The position numbers were made by a program, and so were the translations under genes. The notes under the pieces were generated by a model. That model was not told where the DNA came from and did no database searches. It saw only the letters and a program-made list of their open reading frames with translations. A stretch of 61,837 nucleotides of DNA, the filler included, from Nemertoderma westbladi (taxonomy: Eukaryota > Animalia > Xenacoelomorpha), in NCBI GenBank assembly GCA_032718475.1. It is 3 parts of 3 records of this genome, joined end to end, with 100 filler letters (N's around TTAATTAATTAA, not from the genome) between each part and the next. Parts side by side here need not be neighbours in the genome. Positions count along the whole stretch, not along the records: positions 1 to 23,216 come from JAUCBJ010003906.1; 2 more parts are not named here. The stretch is one strand, 5' to 3'. Below are positions 12,124 through 23,316 of this stretch, piece by piece; the stretch's first letter is position 1, and the number at the start of each line of letters is the position of its first letter.

Positions 12124-15100
12124 TGTAGGCCACAGCCTACACGTTCGTGGGGCCATCGCGCAGGACGAGGCTCAGTTATCACCCCCTCCCCCCCCCCCCC
12201 ACCCTTCCCACCCACCAGTACTTTATAACTACCGATGCCTTCAATAGGCGAAGCCAGGTATAGTTCATAGGACTATAATAAACGCAGTAGGCAGTACTCG
12301 TCTTCATTATTATAAACGTCGTTGTGCTCGTCCTGTTTTGTATTTAAACATATTTCCTAAACGCAGACTGACGGACGATCTTTATAACTACTGATGCCTT
12401 CAATAGGCGAAGCCAGGTATGGTTAATAGGAATATAGTCTACACAGTACTCGTCTTCATTATATGCCTCGTTGCGCTCGTCGCTCGTCCTGTTTTGCATT
12501 AAAATATTTTTCCTAAACGCAGACTGACGACCTTTATACAGTTATAACTATGCGAAGTTTCGAAACTGTGCGAGTAACTGCTGATACATCTATGTGGAGA
12601 TGTGTGATACAACGCCAACGCATCGTATGCCGATGTAGTAATATGGGTATTGAAATAATATTAAATCAATGTACACTCTTAAAGCTGCAGCGAAAAAATG
12701 TAGATAATTTCCTAGGTTACATATAAAATAATAATATTATTTTTAAGAACATTAATTTTACTACTTTGCAAAAATTCAATTAAAAAATAACCAGACAAAT
12801 ATATTGCGGAATAAACTATTTCAGATATAAGCCTACAACAGTCATTATATCTTCTGTCATCTGCGATAGTAAGTAATACAACATTTATAGTATAGAGTCA
12901 ATAGGAATTGAAATACAGGCAGTGTATGGTTGGAGTTATGTCTGGGTTGCTATAGCAATACTACTGGCTGCCTATTACAGTACAATTCGCCTCTGGTAAG
13001 GCTACACCAACATCTCCCAGCCAGCTAGCAGCTCTACACCCCCGCAGAGACTATGTTGACCAATAATGGGCAGGATTAAATTTGTACTCAATAATTGTGC
13101 CGCTTTAATTACGTTTAGATCAATTAAAGACACATTTATTAAAGCAAATCACTTGAACTAATTAAAGACTATAATAGAATGGGGTATGTGGATTACATCT
13201 GTATAATTTTTAAGTATAATTATTTAAATCTTATACTGTAAAATAATTAATTTCCTTTAACAGGCAGGTTGAAAATGCAGTTTTTACCGTAATCAACTTA
13301 ATTAACTAATTAATTGCTATTATCTTAGCTTCTCGAAGGCCACACGGAAATTCAACTTGGAAAATTTCTAAACTTTTGCCAGACTACATGTGTACCAAGT
13401 TTGGTTAAATTTCATTAACATTTGGCTGAGTTATTAACGTTTAAAATTGGACACGACAGAACGACAGAACAACACGTTCGTGGGGCCTTCGCGCAGCACG
13501 AGGCCCAGTTATGAGATACAAATTAAAATGAGCGACTGTATCACAAAATCAGTATTTGAGAAATTTACCCACACCACCAATCAATTAAAGAAAGGGGTAC
13601 AGTACGTGTTCAGCCCTTTTAATCTGCACCCCCCCCCCCCCCCCCCCCCACCCTTCCCACCCACCAATACATAACCGCGACATCTACCACCCACAGAAGG
13701 GTAGCACGAACTTATTTCCAATCGCACGTTCAATATGCAAAGCCAGGTGGTTTATAGGAATATAATAAACGCAGTACTCGTTTTCATTATAAGCCTCGTT
13801 GCGTTCGTCCTGTTTTGTATTTAAATATATTTCTTAAACGCAGGCTAGGACGATCTTTATAATAATAATAACTAGGGATGCGATCAATGTGTGAAGCCAG
13901 GTGGTTTATATAATAATATAGTCAACGCAGTACTCGTCTTCTTTATAAGCCTCGTTGTGCTCGTCCTGTTTTGTATTTAAATATATTTCCTAAACGCAGA
14001 CTGACGATCTTTATAATGCGTTCAATAGGCGAAGCCAGGTATGGTTTTGGTTTATAGGAATATAGTCTACGCAGCACTCGTCCTCATGAGACCGAGTTAT
14101 AGTGTGGCAATGTAGATGCAGTAGTTGCACCCGACCAGCCGGAAACTCGGAGCAATAGTCCTACTGCTTGTACAATGGGTGTCAATTTCAATACCGCCGG
14201 GCACTGGGTGATAGCAGAGTGAGATTAAAAGACCGAATTATTTCATCCTCGGTTATGGTTAGTCCAGTTTGCCCGTAGCGGCAGCGATACCGAAATTTGA
14301 GGTAACAGACAGAGGCGGCCTTGGTGGTGAGTTGTTTGATTTCAATTCCAACACTTTTCAGGGCAGCTGGGTAGAATCTGGTGGTAGTGGGTACCTGAAC
14401 TAAGAATGCTAGTCAGCTGGTTAGTCCGCATAACTTCCATGGTTGCAGTTGCCGAGTCGATGGATGGTTGGTAGGGATAGGCCTAGGCCTATTGCTATTA
14501 TTGTATTGGCAGATTGGTATGTACATCTACATCTGATTATACCAGTTGCCGGTGCCGTCGGTCGTACCAATACATAGTCTTTAATTAACATATTTAACCG
14601 TTAACAAGAGTAGAAACCGCAAACGAAGAAATTAATTTTCTTCCATCGCTGACAGGAGCGTAGAAATGCGGTATAGTACTGTCGTAGTTCAGTACCGGTA
14701 CCGTACCGGTAGTTCTGTAGTTAGCAGTTGCTACCAGTCCGGTTCTACAGTCTGACAGTAGTAGGGCGGTACAGCACCAACGGACCCTCTAATCTAATTC
14801 AGGACCGCAGTCCAGCACTCCGGAGTCCGCACTGCAGTGCATAGCATGGCTAATTACTGAATTAGGGCCTACAGAATTAGGCCTGTCCTGTACCACGTAC
14901 GTACCAGTATACGTGATCTATAATCACTGCACCGGTACCGCGGTACCAGTCAGCCAGTACCGTAAAACACCGAATACAGTATGGTATTGCAGTATTGCTG
15001 TATTGTCTGATTGCAGGATTCCTGATTTAGGGATTGACATTGAGTATAGTAGGCCTACCGGTACAGGCAGACAGGCCACAATGGTATTACTGCAGTACTG

Positions 15101-15516
15101 TAATTTCGTAATTTGGTAGAAACCCAGCTGATTTCAAGCGTTATAATTTTGGATAAATAAATTTATTATAACTGTAAGACAGTTACACTGGTGCTGCACG
15201 AAGCCCCCAAGCAAATTCAACTTGGAAAAAGTTTGGTTACACTTCATCGAGGATTGATCGAGTTATTAACGTTCAAAATTGAACACCGCAAAAAAAGCGA
15301 CAGAACGACAGAACGACAGGTTGATTAATGGTACCCCTACGCTAAGGCTCACTCACTTCGTGGCTCGCCCCACAACAGAGCAACAGACACACCGATTGAG
15401 TTAGTGGTACCTGTATGCTAAGCTGGCTTACTTTCGTCGCTCGGCCCACAGACACACCGATTGAGTTAGTGGTACCTGTATATGCTAAGCTTGCTTACTT
15501 TCGTCACTCGCCCCAC
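12124..15516 (-). mobile_element. HINE-like element A with element B (13471-15373) nested in its microsatellite
   Basis: An uninterrupted inverted copy of A is at 55621-57131; terminal hairpin TGTAGGC-CACA-GCCTACA at 12124-12141 lies next to GTGGGGC (12147); GCCCCAC at 15510-15516; duplicated head modules at 15374-15516. Confidence 0.65.
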
Positions 15517-17915
15517 AAGCAATCAGTATAGGGGATATTGGTTGGATATACAATAAACACACCAAATACTAACATTCGTATTGGTATTATTTTGTAATTT
15601 TACAACCTATTTTTCCATAATTATTGCTATTTTAATGAATAGTAATAAATAATATGTAAACTAAACAATGATGCGGCCCATTTAATTATGAAACTATTAT
15701 TCACTGCTGGTGTCAATATAACAATAGGGCGGGGGCGGCCTATGTACAGCCCAATATTTAAAGTATAGTGGGATAAAACAAAACTGTGTAAAAATAATTT
15801 ACTATTATCAAAGCTGAAGATATGGGTATGGAGAATGGAGGTATGGAGATATTACTATGCTTTATTGCATATTAGCCCCAATCTCCCTCTTGTCAACACA
15901 AGGTGCTGACGGGACTTTGGGGTAAATATATTAATTATATGTACTTACAATCACTTGTAATTACATTATAAGTATCATATAATACAAAACAAATATTTAA
16001 AGCTTTCAATGTCTTAATACATAATGTAATTTTCTTAAGTATTGTTGCATTTTCTCCAATGGTAAATGACTATTTATCCCAAAAATTCAGAATTTTTACA
16101 AACCTGTAAATTAACCTATTAATTAATTAACCTGTTAGGACGCCACTATAAAGCAAAAATCAGTAGGCCTAATTTAGTAAAGAATATTCCACGCAATTAT
16201 TATTAATTGATCACATAATTAACACACGAAGAATTACAAATATCACTGATTTTATTTCCCTGCCTTAATTATCAGATCAGTAGAGTAACAAAGTCAGACT
16301 CTATGACATCACAAAATTAAAGGAGGAAATGTTATAATAATTAAATACATTACGTCTACATTACTCTGATAAAACGTAACGGGGGGTGGCGGATTTGGGG
16401 TTGGGTGCAACCTTCGCCCGTGTACAACCTTCGCCTGCTTCCAACCTTCGTCCGCGTCCAATCTTCGCCCACAAGGCAATCTTCTTCCGCGAGCAACCAG
16501 CAACCAATAATATTTGTGTTGACAATATTTATGTTGACAGATTTTAGTTACCAATTGAGGGAAAGGAGCAGTGTTATAAACATGAAGTAGTTAGTAATTT
16601 TTTGCGAGATTAGTTGATAATAGCACATTTATATTTACATTCATATTTTGTTATTTTTCATAAAATAACAAAATATCGGGGTAATTAATATAGATGTGGC
16701 ACATCTTTGTTGTTTCTGACACGATGTTACTATTTCTTAGAATTTTCCTGGTAACATATCCTGTCATCCTTACATTCACTTATTTTAGACTGCCCTACCT
16801 GTTTCAAAACCTATAAAAGTTATTCCTCGCAGGAATAACGTATTATTATTTAATGCGAATTCCTGTCCTCTGATAACAAAAATCATTTAGTAAACCTTTG
16901 TGGTTCTAGGTTGTGAATCCCATATTTTTGTTTATAATTAATTAATGACTTGCTACAACATAAGCTTCTGCGTTAATATATTAATTATTACTGAATGTTT
17001 TCACACTAAAAGAGAATAGGATGTCAGGTATCTTGAATGCGATTATGCCTACGTTTGAGAATACATTAATTATGCAAATTAATTAATGTCGATTAATCTT
17101 GTAGTCTATCGTGTTTTCATTTTTACTCTGTTCCTTTTGCGAAACAGGTTTTGGAAGTATTTACAGCAAAACAGAAGAATAGTAACGGATATTACAACTC
17201 CAATAAGTACAAACAGCAACACGTCAATGAGAAAATATTGGAAGAAATTCAGATTGTGAGCAGCAGATCGAAGATGTTGTGAGCCATGCTGGATTACGTG
17301 TTCTGTCCAAAACGTAAATGTTTCTATTGGAGGAACGGGTGTAGATTTCATCAGTTTCGACAAATATTGAGCATTTTTGGAATACGATTCATTCATAAGG
17401 ATCATTTGGATTTTGTTGTAGAATTGTTCACCAGTCAACGTTTTCATGTGACTTATCACACTGGCCATACCCCTTCGTTCTAAATGCACCAAATTATATT
17501 CAGCATCGGTGCCCATTGGCAAACAAAGAATCGGAACCCCGTTATAAATTCCCTCGTAGAGACTGCTGAGACCGCCGTGTGTAACAAACAATCTTGTCGC
17601 TGGATGACCTATTAAATCGTGTTGTGGCAGCCATTCAAGAAAGTGAACATTACTTGGTAAATCTTTTCTGTCGAATCCCTTGATTGCACGACAAAAAACT
17701 TGCTGTTTCACTTTAGAAAATCCAAGCATCAACTCCCTTATAAAATCTTTTGGTAATGATTTCAATATTGATCCTACAGAAAACACAATAATTCCATGCT
17801 CTTTTGAGGAGTCTATGATTTTCATAATATTATAAGGTAAGGGTTTGGGTTTACTCAATTTAAATCCTCCTATATATGCGACATTTGGCATCGATGGTCT
17901 GGGATATTCGAAGAT
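13011..17915 (+). repeat. Copy 2 of the tandem segmental duplication
   Basis: See 974-8220. Confidence 0.93.
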
Positions 17916-18719
17916 TAAATTTGAATGTATGAAAGTGTATTCTGCCTGAGCGAAAGTATCAAACATACTAATACTCGGAAGTATGTTGAGTTCTTGTTTG
18001 ATGGTTTCTCCAACGCTAAGGAATGCGTAATCCCTGAAGATGCTTCCAGTAGTGAAGGCAATGACATTCATGAATCTTTGAAAGAAACTCATATTATCCG
18101 TAAACCCAGTGACTGGTACGGGAATGTAAGACAAAGGTGAAGGAACATTCGCCAAATGATATAATACTGCAGGTTCCATCGGGATCATACCAGGGATGAA
18201 GTTGATATAGGATATCCCTAATTTTTGTGCCATTAAATTGCCACAACCAAACGGCATAATGTTGATCACAGCCATATCCCAAGGCACTTGTTTCAGTTTG
18301 CTAAACATGGTCTCATCAGTTAAGATAAGTCGACACATATCTGAACTAACATCCATTAAATCACTGAAACCACCAGAAAGCAGGATTTCCTTAGTAGATT
18401 TATCTTGGACTTTTTGGTCAAAAAATGATGTTGTAACTTCCTCTGCGCGCCTGATTAAGTCGCTTTCCATGGTACCATTACCTCCATATTTATAAAGCGT
18501 ATAATTCGCATCATCTAATATTTTGAGAGCGTGTCCCACAATCATACCAACATTGTGACCTCGAGCATCTAAAGCCTTTGCCATTTCATGTCCCAAAAGG
18601 TAGTGACTGCGTCCAACTGTTGAAACACCTGGTATCCATATTATAATGTTGGATGATAAATTGCTTTGGATTAGGGTCAGACATACTGTTATTACTAGAG
18701 CTAAACTTGTTTTAGTCAT
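17106..18719 (-). CDS. Membrane-bound UDP-glycosyltransferase paralog, 537 aa, intronless coding region
   Basis: First in-frame ATG at 18719; signal peptide; RSHY; WLPQHDLIGHPATRLFVTHGG signature; transmembrane helix; KMKTR tail. Confidence 0.95.
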   Translation of the reverse strand: MTKTSLALVITVCLTLIQSNLSSNIIIWIPGVSTVGRSHYLLGHEMAKALDARGHNVGMIVGHALKILDDANYTLYKYGGNGTMESDLIRRAEEVTTSFFDQKVQDKSTKEILLSGGFSDLMDVSSDMCRLILTDETMFSKLKQVPWDMAVINIMPFGCGNLMAQKLGISYINFIPGMIPMEPAVLYHLANVPSPLSYIPVPVTGFTDNMSFFQRFMNVIAFTTGSIFRDYAFLSVGETIKQELNILPSISMFDTFAQAEYTFIHSNLIFEYPRPSMPNVAYIGGFKLSKPKPLPYNIMKIIDSSKEHGIIVFSVGSILKSLPKDFIRELMLGFSKVKQQVFCRAIKGFDRKDLPSNVHFLEWLPQHDLIGHPATRLFVTHGGLSSLYEGIYNGVPILCLPMGTDAEYNLVHLERRGMASVISHMKTLTGEQFYNKIQMILMNESYSKNAQYLSKLMKSTPVPPIETFTFWTEHVIQHGSQHLRSAAHNLNFFQYFLIDVLLFVLIGVVISVTILLFCCKYFQNLFRKRNRVKMKTR

Positions 18720-19559
18720 TTTATAAATTAATAGTAAAATACACAATCATCTTTTTAGTATAAAAAGTATTAATAGGAACATAATTATCCATATCCTATA
18801 CCATCAATTATGGCTGGCTAGCTACTATACTTCGCTAATATTTACTTTCTTGTCACCTTTGACCAGTGACCACCAGTTAGGTAATTAATTACCACTGAAA
18901 TATCGACCTTGAATTTTTTGTAACGCTTTATACACATTTAATTCTGGTTCTTTCTATGTTTATCCACATTTAAACCATTATTGTTTGATTCCAGCAATAA
19001 GCAGCCAGTCAATGTATTAAGACTAAAACGCCTTAAAGAGGAAAAGAGGAGGAAATGTGTCCTGAGGTTGGGGTTAGCAACATCTATTAGTATGCTGGTC
19101 CCTATCGTACACCAATGTTATGTACAGATCAAAATTTAAATGAGAAGAAATCACAACATACAAATTAAACTGTAGGTAGAGCCTTTTCCCATGAGAAGAA
19201 ATCTCACCCCTTTTTAAACAATCGAGGGTTTTGTCTGATCTCAATTGCAGCAAAGTCATTCAATGATTCATTATATTTTGTTTAATGAGTTTTATGTACC
19301 CAGTGTCACGTTCTCGCCTTTTTACGAACTGTTGTCAAAAATATATTGTCCATATAGTTTATTTCCAAATTTATGTATTTCTGTTCCCCGCACCCTATTA
19401 TGGCCTATGTATGTAAGAGTTTATATGTGAAAAACAAAAATTGTGGTTTCGTACAATGCAAAATTATAATTGCGGATAAACTGACGTATGTGTCTTATAA
19501 AAGTAAAAGTAAATTTTCTTCGGTCGCTAGGCCAGGGATTACGCACTAAGTCTGACGAC

Positions 19560-19750
19560 TTATTTCCAAACTTCAGTACTCATATAGCTACCACTGAAGG
19601 ATGCAAGGCAAAGATGCACCCTAGCTGGTCCCTTTAAACCATTCGTGCCGAAACGAAAACTGCCCTGGCCTATGTAAGGATCGAACCCACGACCTAAGGG
19701 AGATGTTAATTCAATGCAAGCACTACACCTGAACATAAAGCCGCCACACC
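19560..19750 (-). mobile_element. Possible tRNA-derived SINE remnant
   Basis: Reverse-strand B-box-like GTGGGTTCGATCC near 19678-19691 with a weak A box upstream; no convincing cloverleaf. Confidence 0.35.
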
Positions 19751-20129
19751 TTGATAAATAGACGCATGTTAACCGCCACCTTACTATGGTAAGTAAATAA
19801 CGCCAAACTATCATCACAATAAAAATACAGAAAATAAATAAACAAATAAAAACAGTTTAAATTAAAGTCCGCCTTTCCATAGCCCATGACAACAAAATTT
19901 ATAATTGTTGTTTTATCTATTATTGATATGAATGGAAAGCTTGCTGTATGTAGGATTCTAAAACTGTTTAAGAAAGATATCTTCAGTATTGAGATATGAT
20001 AAATTTTGCAATTCACTAGAAGTCCTAGCACTATTACTACTAATACAAGGGGGCTGCACATTGAGATGCCATGCTGGCTTAACAAAAAATGTGTGCCACT
20101 GTCATGTGATCCACATTGACATGCTACAA

Positions 20130-20690
20130 TGCAGGATGTATTAATAATGCTATGCCGTCTTATCGACAAAATTGCGCCGCCACAACTCCCTATCACCCAT
20201 GACATTTGCTAGATCATCCGCATCTTCAAGGCCAGTGTCCTTTAAGATGCGTCTTAAGATAGTCATGGGCTGTCCGCCATCATGCGTATTCACTCCATTA
20301 GGCCGCCAAAGCACAACATTATGCACTGGCTGGTCCTCACGGCGAAAGCGCAATGTCCTGCGAAGCTGAGGCGGTTTTCAAATCTCAAGCTTGGGGGACC
20401 AATGAGATACCTCCGATGTTTTATAGTGTTCGGTTGGTGATGTGTACATTGTACTTGACACACTGAAATGACTTAGCATTCATGTGTATGTGCCATCCTC
20501 TAATTTGGTAACCTCAGCAGATAGAGCCCAGCATGAACTCACATAGAGGAGTACTGAAACTACTGGTGCTCTAAATAATCGGACCTTAAGTTTCCGATTA
20601 ATTCTATGTGACTTCCATATCCTGGATAGCCCTTTCAACGCTGTCCATACCTTTTCCGTACTTATCCTGTCTTCCGGATCCATTATCACA
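20130..20690 (-). mobile_element. Degenerate copy of the same RTE family
   Basis: RREDQPVHNVVLW..LKDTGLEDADDL and KLKVRLFRAPVVSVLLY in broken frames. Confidence 0.88.
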
Positions 20691-21109
20691 GGTAACATAG
20701 CCAGAAAACATACGAATTACATTAATTATCTCAAAAGATTCATAACATGTTAAGCTTTCTCATTATCTGAAATGTTTGCAATTTAATATATTTGATAGGA
20801 TAGAAATTATCAATTTTACAAATTGTGTATCCGGTTCAGTGTGACAAACATCCAATAAAGGCAGGTTTAAAATGTGCTTCCCGCTCTAACTCTAACTTGC
20901 ACTGTATTTCTCTGTAATTTCTGGGCGTTTTCAGAAAATAACTGGTGGTTTAAAGAAAAGGGTTTGACAGAGATAATTTTGTACCTTGGGAGTTAGTGTG
21001 GCACCCTAGCAGCCTCAAAGGTTGCCTCGTATTTTTTGTTTTTTTTGTCTTTTTTGTTTATTTTCAAAAAAAAACACTCAACCTCAACCAGTATTGAGTA
21101 TTGAGTATC

Positions 21110-23216
21110 GAGTTGGTCATATACCTCGAATAAAATTAAAAAAACTGACAAATTTGATATTTGTTATAAAGATTTAGAAAAAATTTGTGAAAAACATGTT
21201 CAGAAAAAAACAGTATCACCTCGAAAAATGCCCGATAAACCTTGGATGACTGAATCTCTTGTATCCAGTACCATACAAAAAAATAAATTATACCGGAAGT
21301 ACTTAAAAAAACCCAACAGAATCAAACCACTCAATATTTAAAAAGTACCGTAATAAATTAACATCTTCGCTACGTTCAGCAGAAAAACTATACTACCATA
21401 AACAATTTCAAGAGAACTCAAACAACATAAAAAAACATGGTTGATTATAAACTCTGCTCTATCTAAGTCTAAGAAATTAAACATTCCACGTCAGTTAACA
21501 GTTCGATCAGATAACGCAATAGAAACTATCACAGATCCTTCAAGAATCGCAACTATTCTAAATAATCATTTTGCTACGATAGGACCACTACTTAATAACA
21601 AAATCCCTTCATCAAACCGCTCCCCACTGCGCCATATCCAACACTCTAACAGATATTTTAACTCTTTTTCATTAGTAGAAACTTCACATGTAGAAGTGCA
21701 ATACTACCTTCTTCATCTCAATCCTAAATCCTAATGATACTCTTCCAACTAAACTTATAATGTTAGCAGCTCAACCTATTTCTATCCATCTCAATTACTT
21801 AATAAACCTCTTCATCTCTCTCGGTTTTTTTCCAGACTCACTTAAAATTGCGAAAATTATCGCATCTTTCAAATCTGAAGACCCATCCGATCCAAGCAAT
21901 TATAGACCCATATCCCTTTTGCCTGTCCTTAGTAAAATAATAGAACAAATAACCAATTCACAGTTACTTTCATATCTCAATAAATTCTCAATTCTCTCAT
22001 TCTCCCAATATGGTTTCCGTCATAAAATCTCAACTTATCATGCATTACTTTCTGTAGTTGAAAAAATCTATCAGGCCTTAGACGATAAGAACTCAACATG
22101 CGCCATTTACATAGACCTGAAAAAAGCATTTGACACCATCAATCACGAGATTTTTCTCAAAAAACTTGAATGTTACGGTATTCGCGGCATCCCCTTACAA
22201 TTAATAACTAGTTTTTTTATCATATAGATTCCAATGTGTTTCTATCTCTAATCATCATTCATCCCTTCTATCTCTAACCTGTGGAGCGCAGCAAGGCGGG
22301 GTTCTGTCACCATTGCTATTCCTTCTATATATTAGTGACCTACCTAAATGTACTAACCTATTAACTACTCTCTTTGCCGACGATACGACTCTCTTTCAGT
22401 CAGCAAACAATATAATGAACCTAATTATTGATACTAATATAGAGATGTCTGATTGGTTGATCGATAATCGCTAATCTCTAAATCTTTCCAAAACTGAATA
22501 TACTATCTTTACGAACTACCGGCATAATTTAGATAATTTACCTCCAATAAAAATAAATTCCAATAATGCAAAAAAATCCCAATGTACAAAATTCTTAGGC
22601 ATCTATGTAGACAATAAACTCTCATGGAAACCTCACATAAAATATATTATTACGAAAATTTCTAGAACTTCAGGCATTTTTTATAGGTTGCGCCATATTT
22701 TTCCTCTGAATATTCTACGTCAGCTGTACTTTACTTTGATACACCCCTATCTATCCTATGGACTAATTCTGTGGGGGAGTACGTACTCTACTATAATAAA
22801 ACCGCTTCGTACTAAAGTAAATATATTAATCAGATGCATAACATTTTCTCAATATGAAGCCTCTTCAAATCCCATTTACAAAACACTCCACATTCTACCT
22901 CTTAATCTACTATATAAACATCAACTAGCGCTCTTCATGTATGACATAAATAACTCTCTATCCGGAACTACTGATATAGGAAATTTTTTTAGAAAAACTG
23001 AATCAATACACAGGTACCTCACTCGCTCTTCCTCTCGCGGCGATTATTACATACAAACTGCCCGACTCACGTCTACCCAACAATCCGTAAGCTTCCAAGG
23101 CCCCCTGATCTGGAATGTCATCCCACCCTATATCCGGGAAAAGAAATCCAAAGTTTCATTTTCCCGAACTTACAAAAAAATACTGTTCTCTCAAATATAA
23201 TAGGTCTCCTCTAATT
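21110..23216 (+). mobile_element. Disrupted CR1/L2-group LINE ORF2, cut by the gap
   Basis: KPWMT, LNNHFATIG, NYRPISLLP, DLKKAFDTINH, FADD (about 22374) and HRYLTR across stops and frameshifts. Confidence 0.9.
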
Positions 23217-23316
23217 NNNNNNNNNNNNNNNNNNNNNNNNNNNNNNNNNNNNNNNNNNNNTTAATTAATTAANNNNNNNNNNNNNNNNNNNNNNNNNNNN
23301 NNNNNNNNNNNNNNNN
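23217..23316. other. Artificial scaffold spacer N44-TTAATTAATTAA-N44
   Basis: Exactly 100 nt with a six-frame stop word; identical construct at 52971-53070. Confidence 0.97.

Noticed and set aside
19640-19750. Functional tRNA gene
   Set aside because: Only a B box is convincing; acceptor and anticodon stems could not be formed.
23261-23272. TTAATTAATTAA palindrome (also 53015-53026)
   Set aside because: Synthetic six-frame-stop spacer within N runs.
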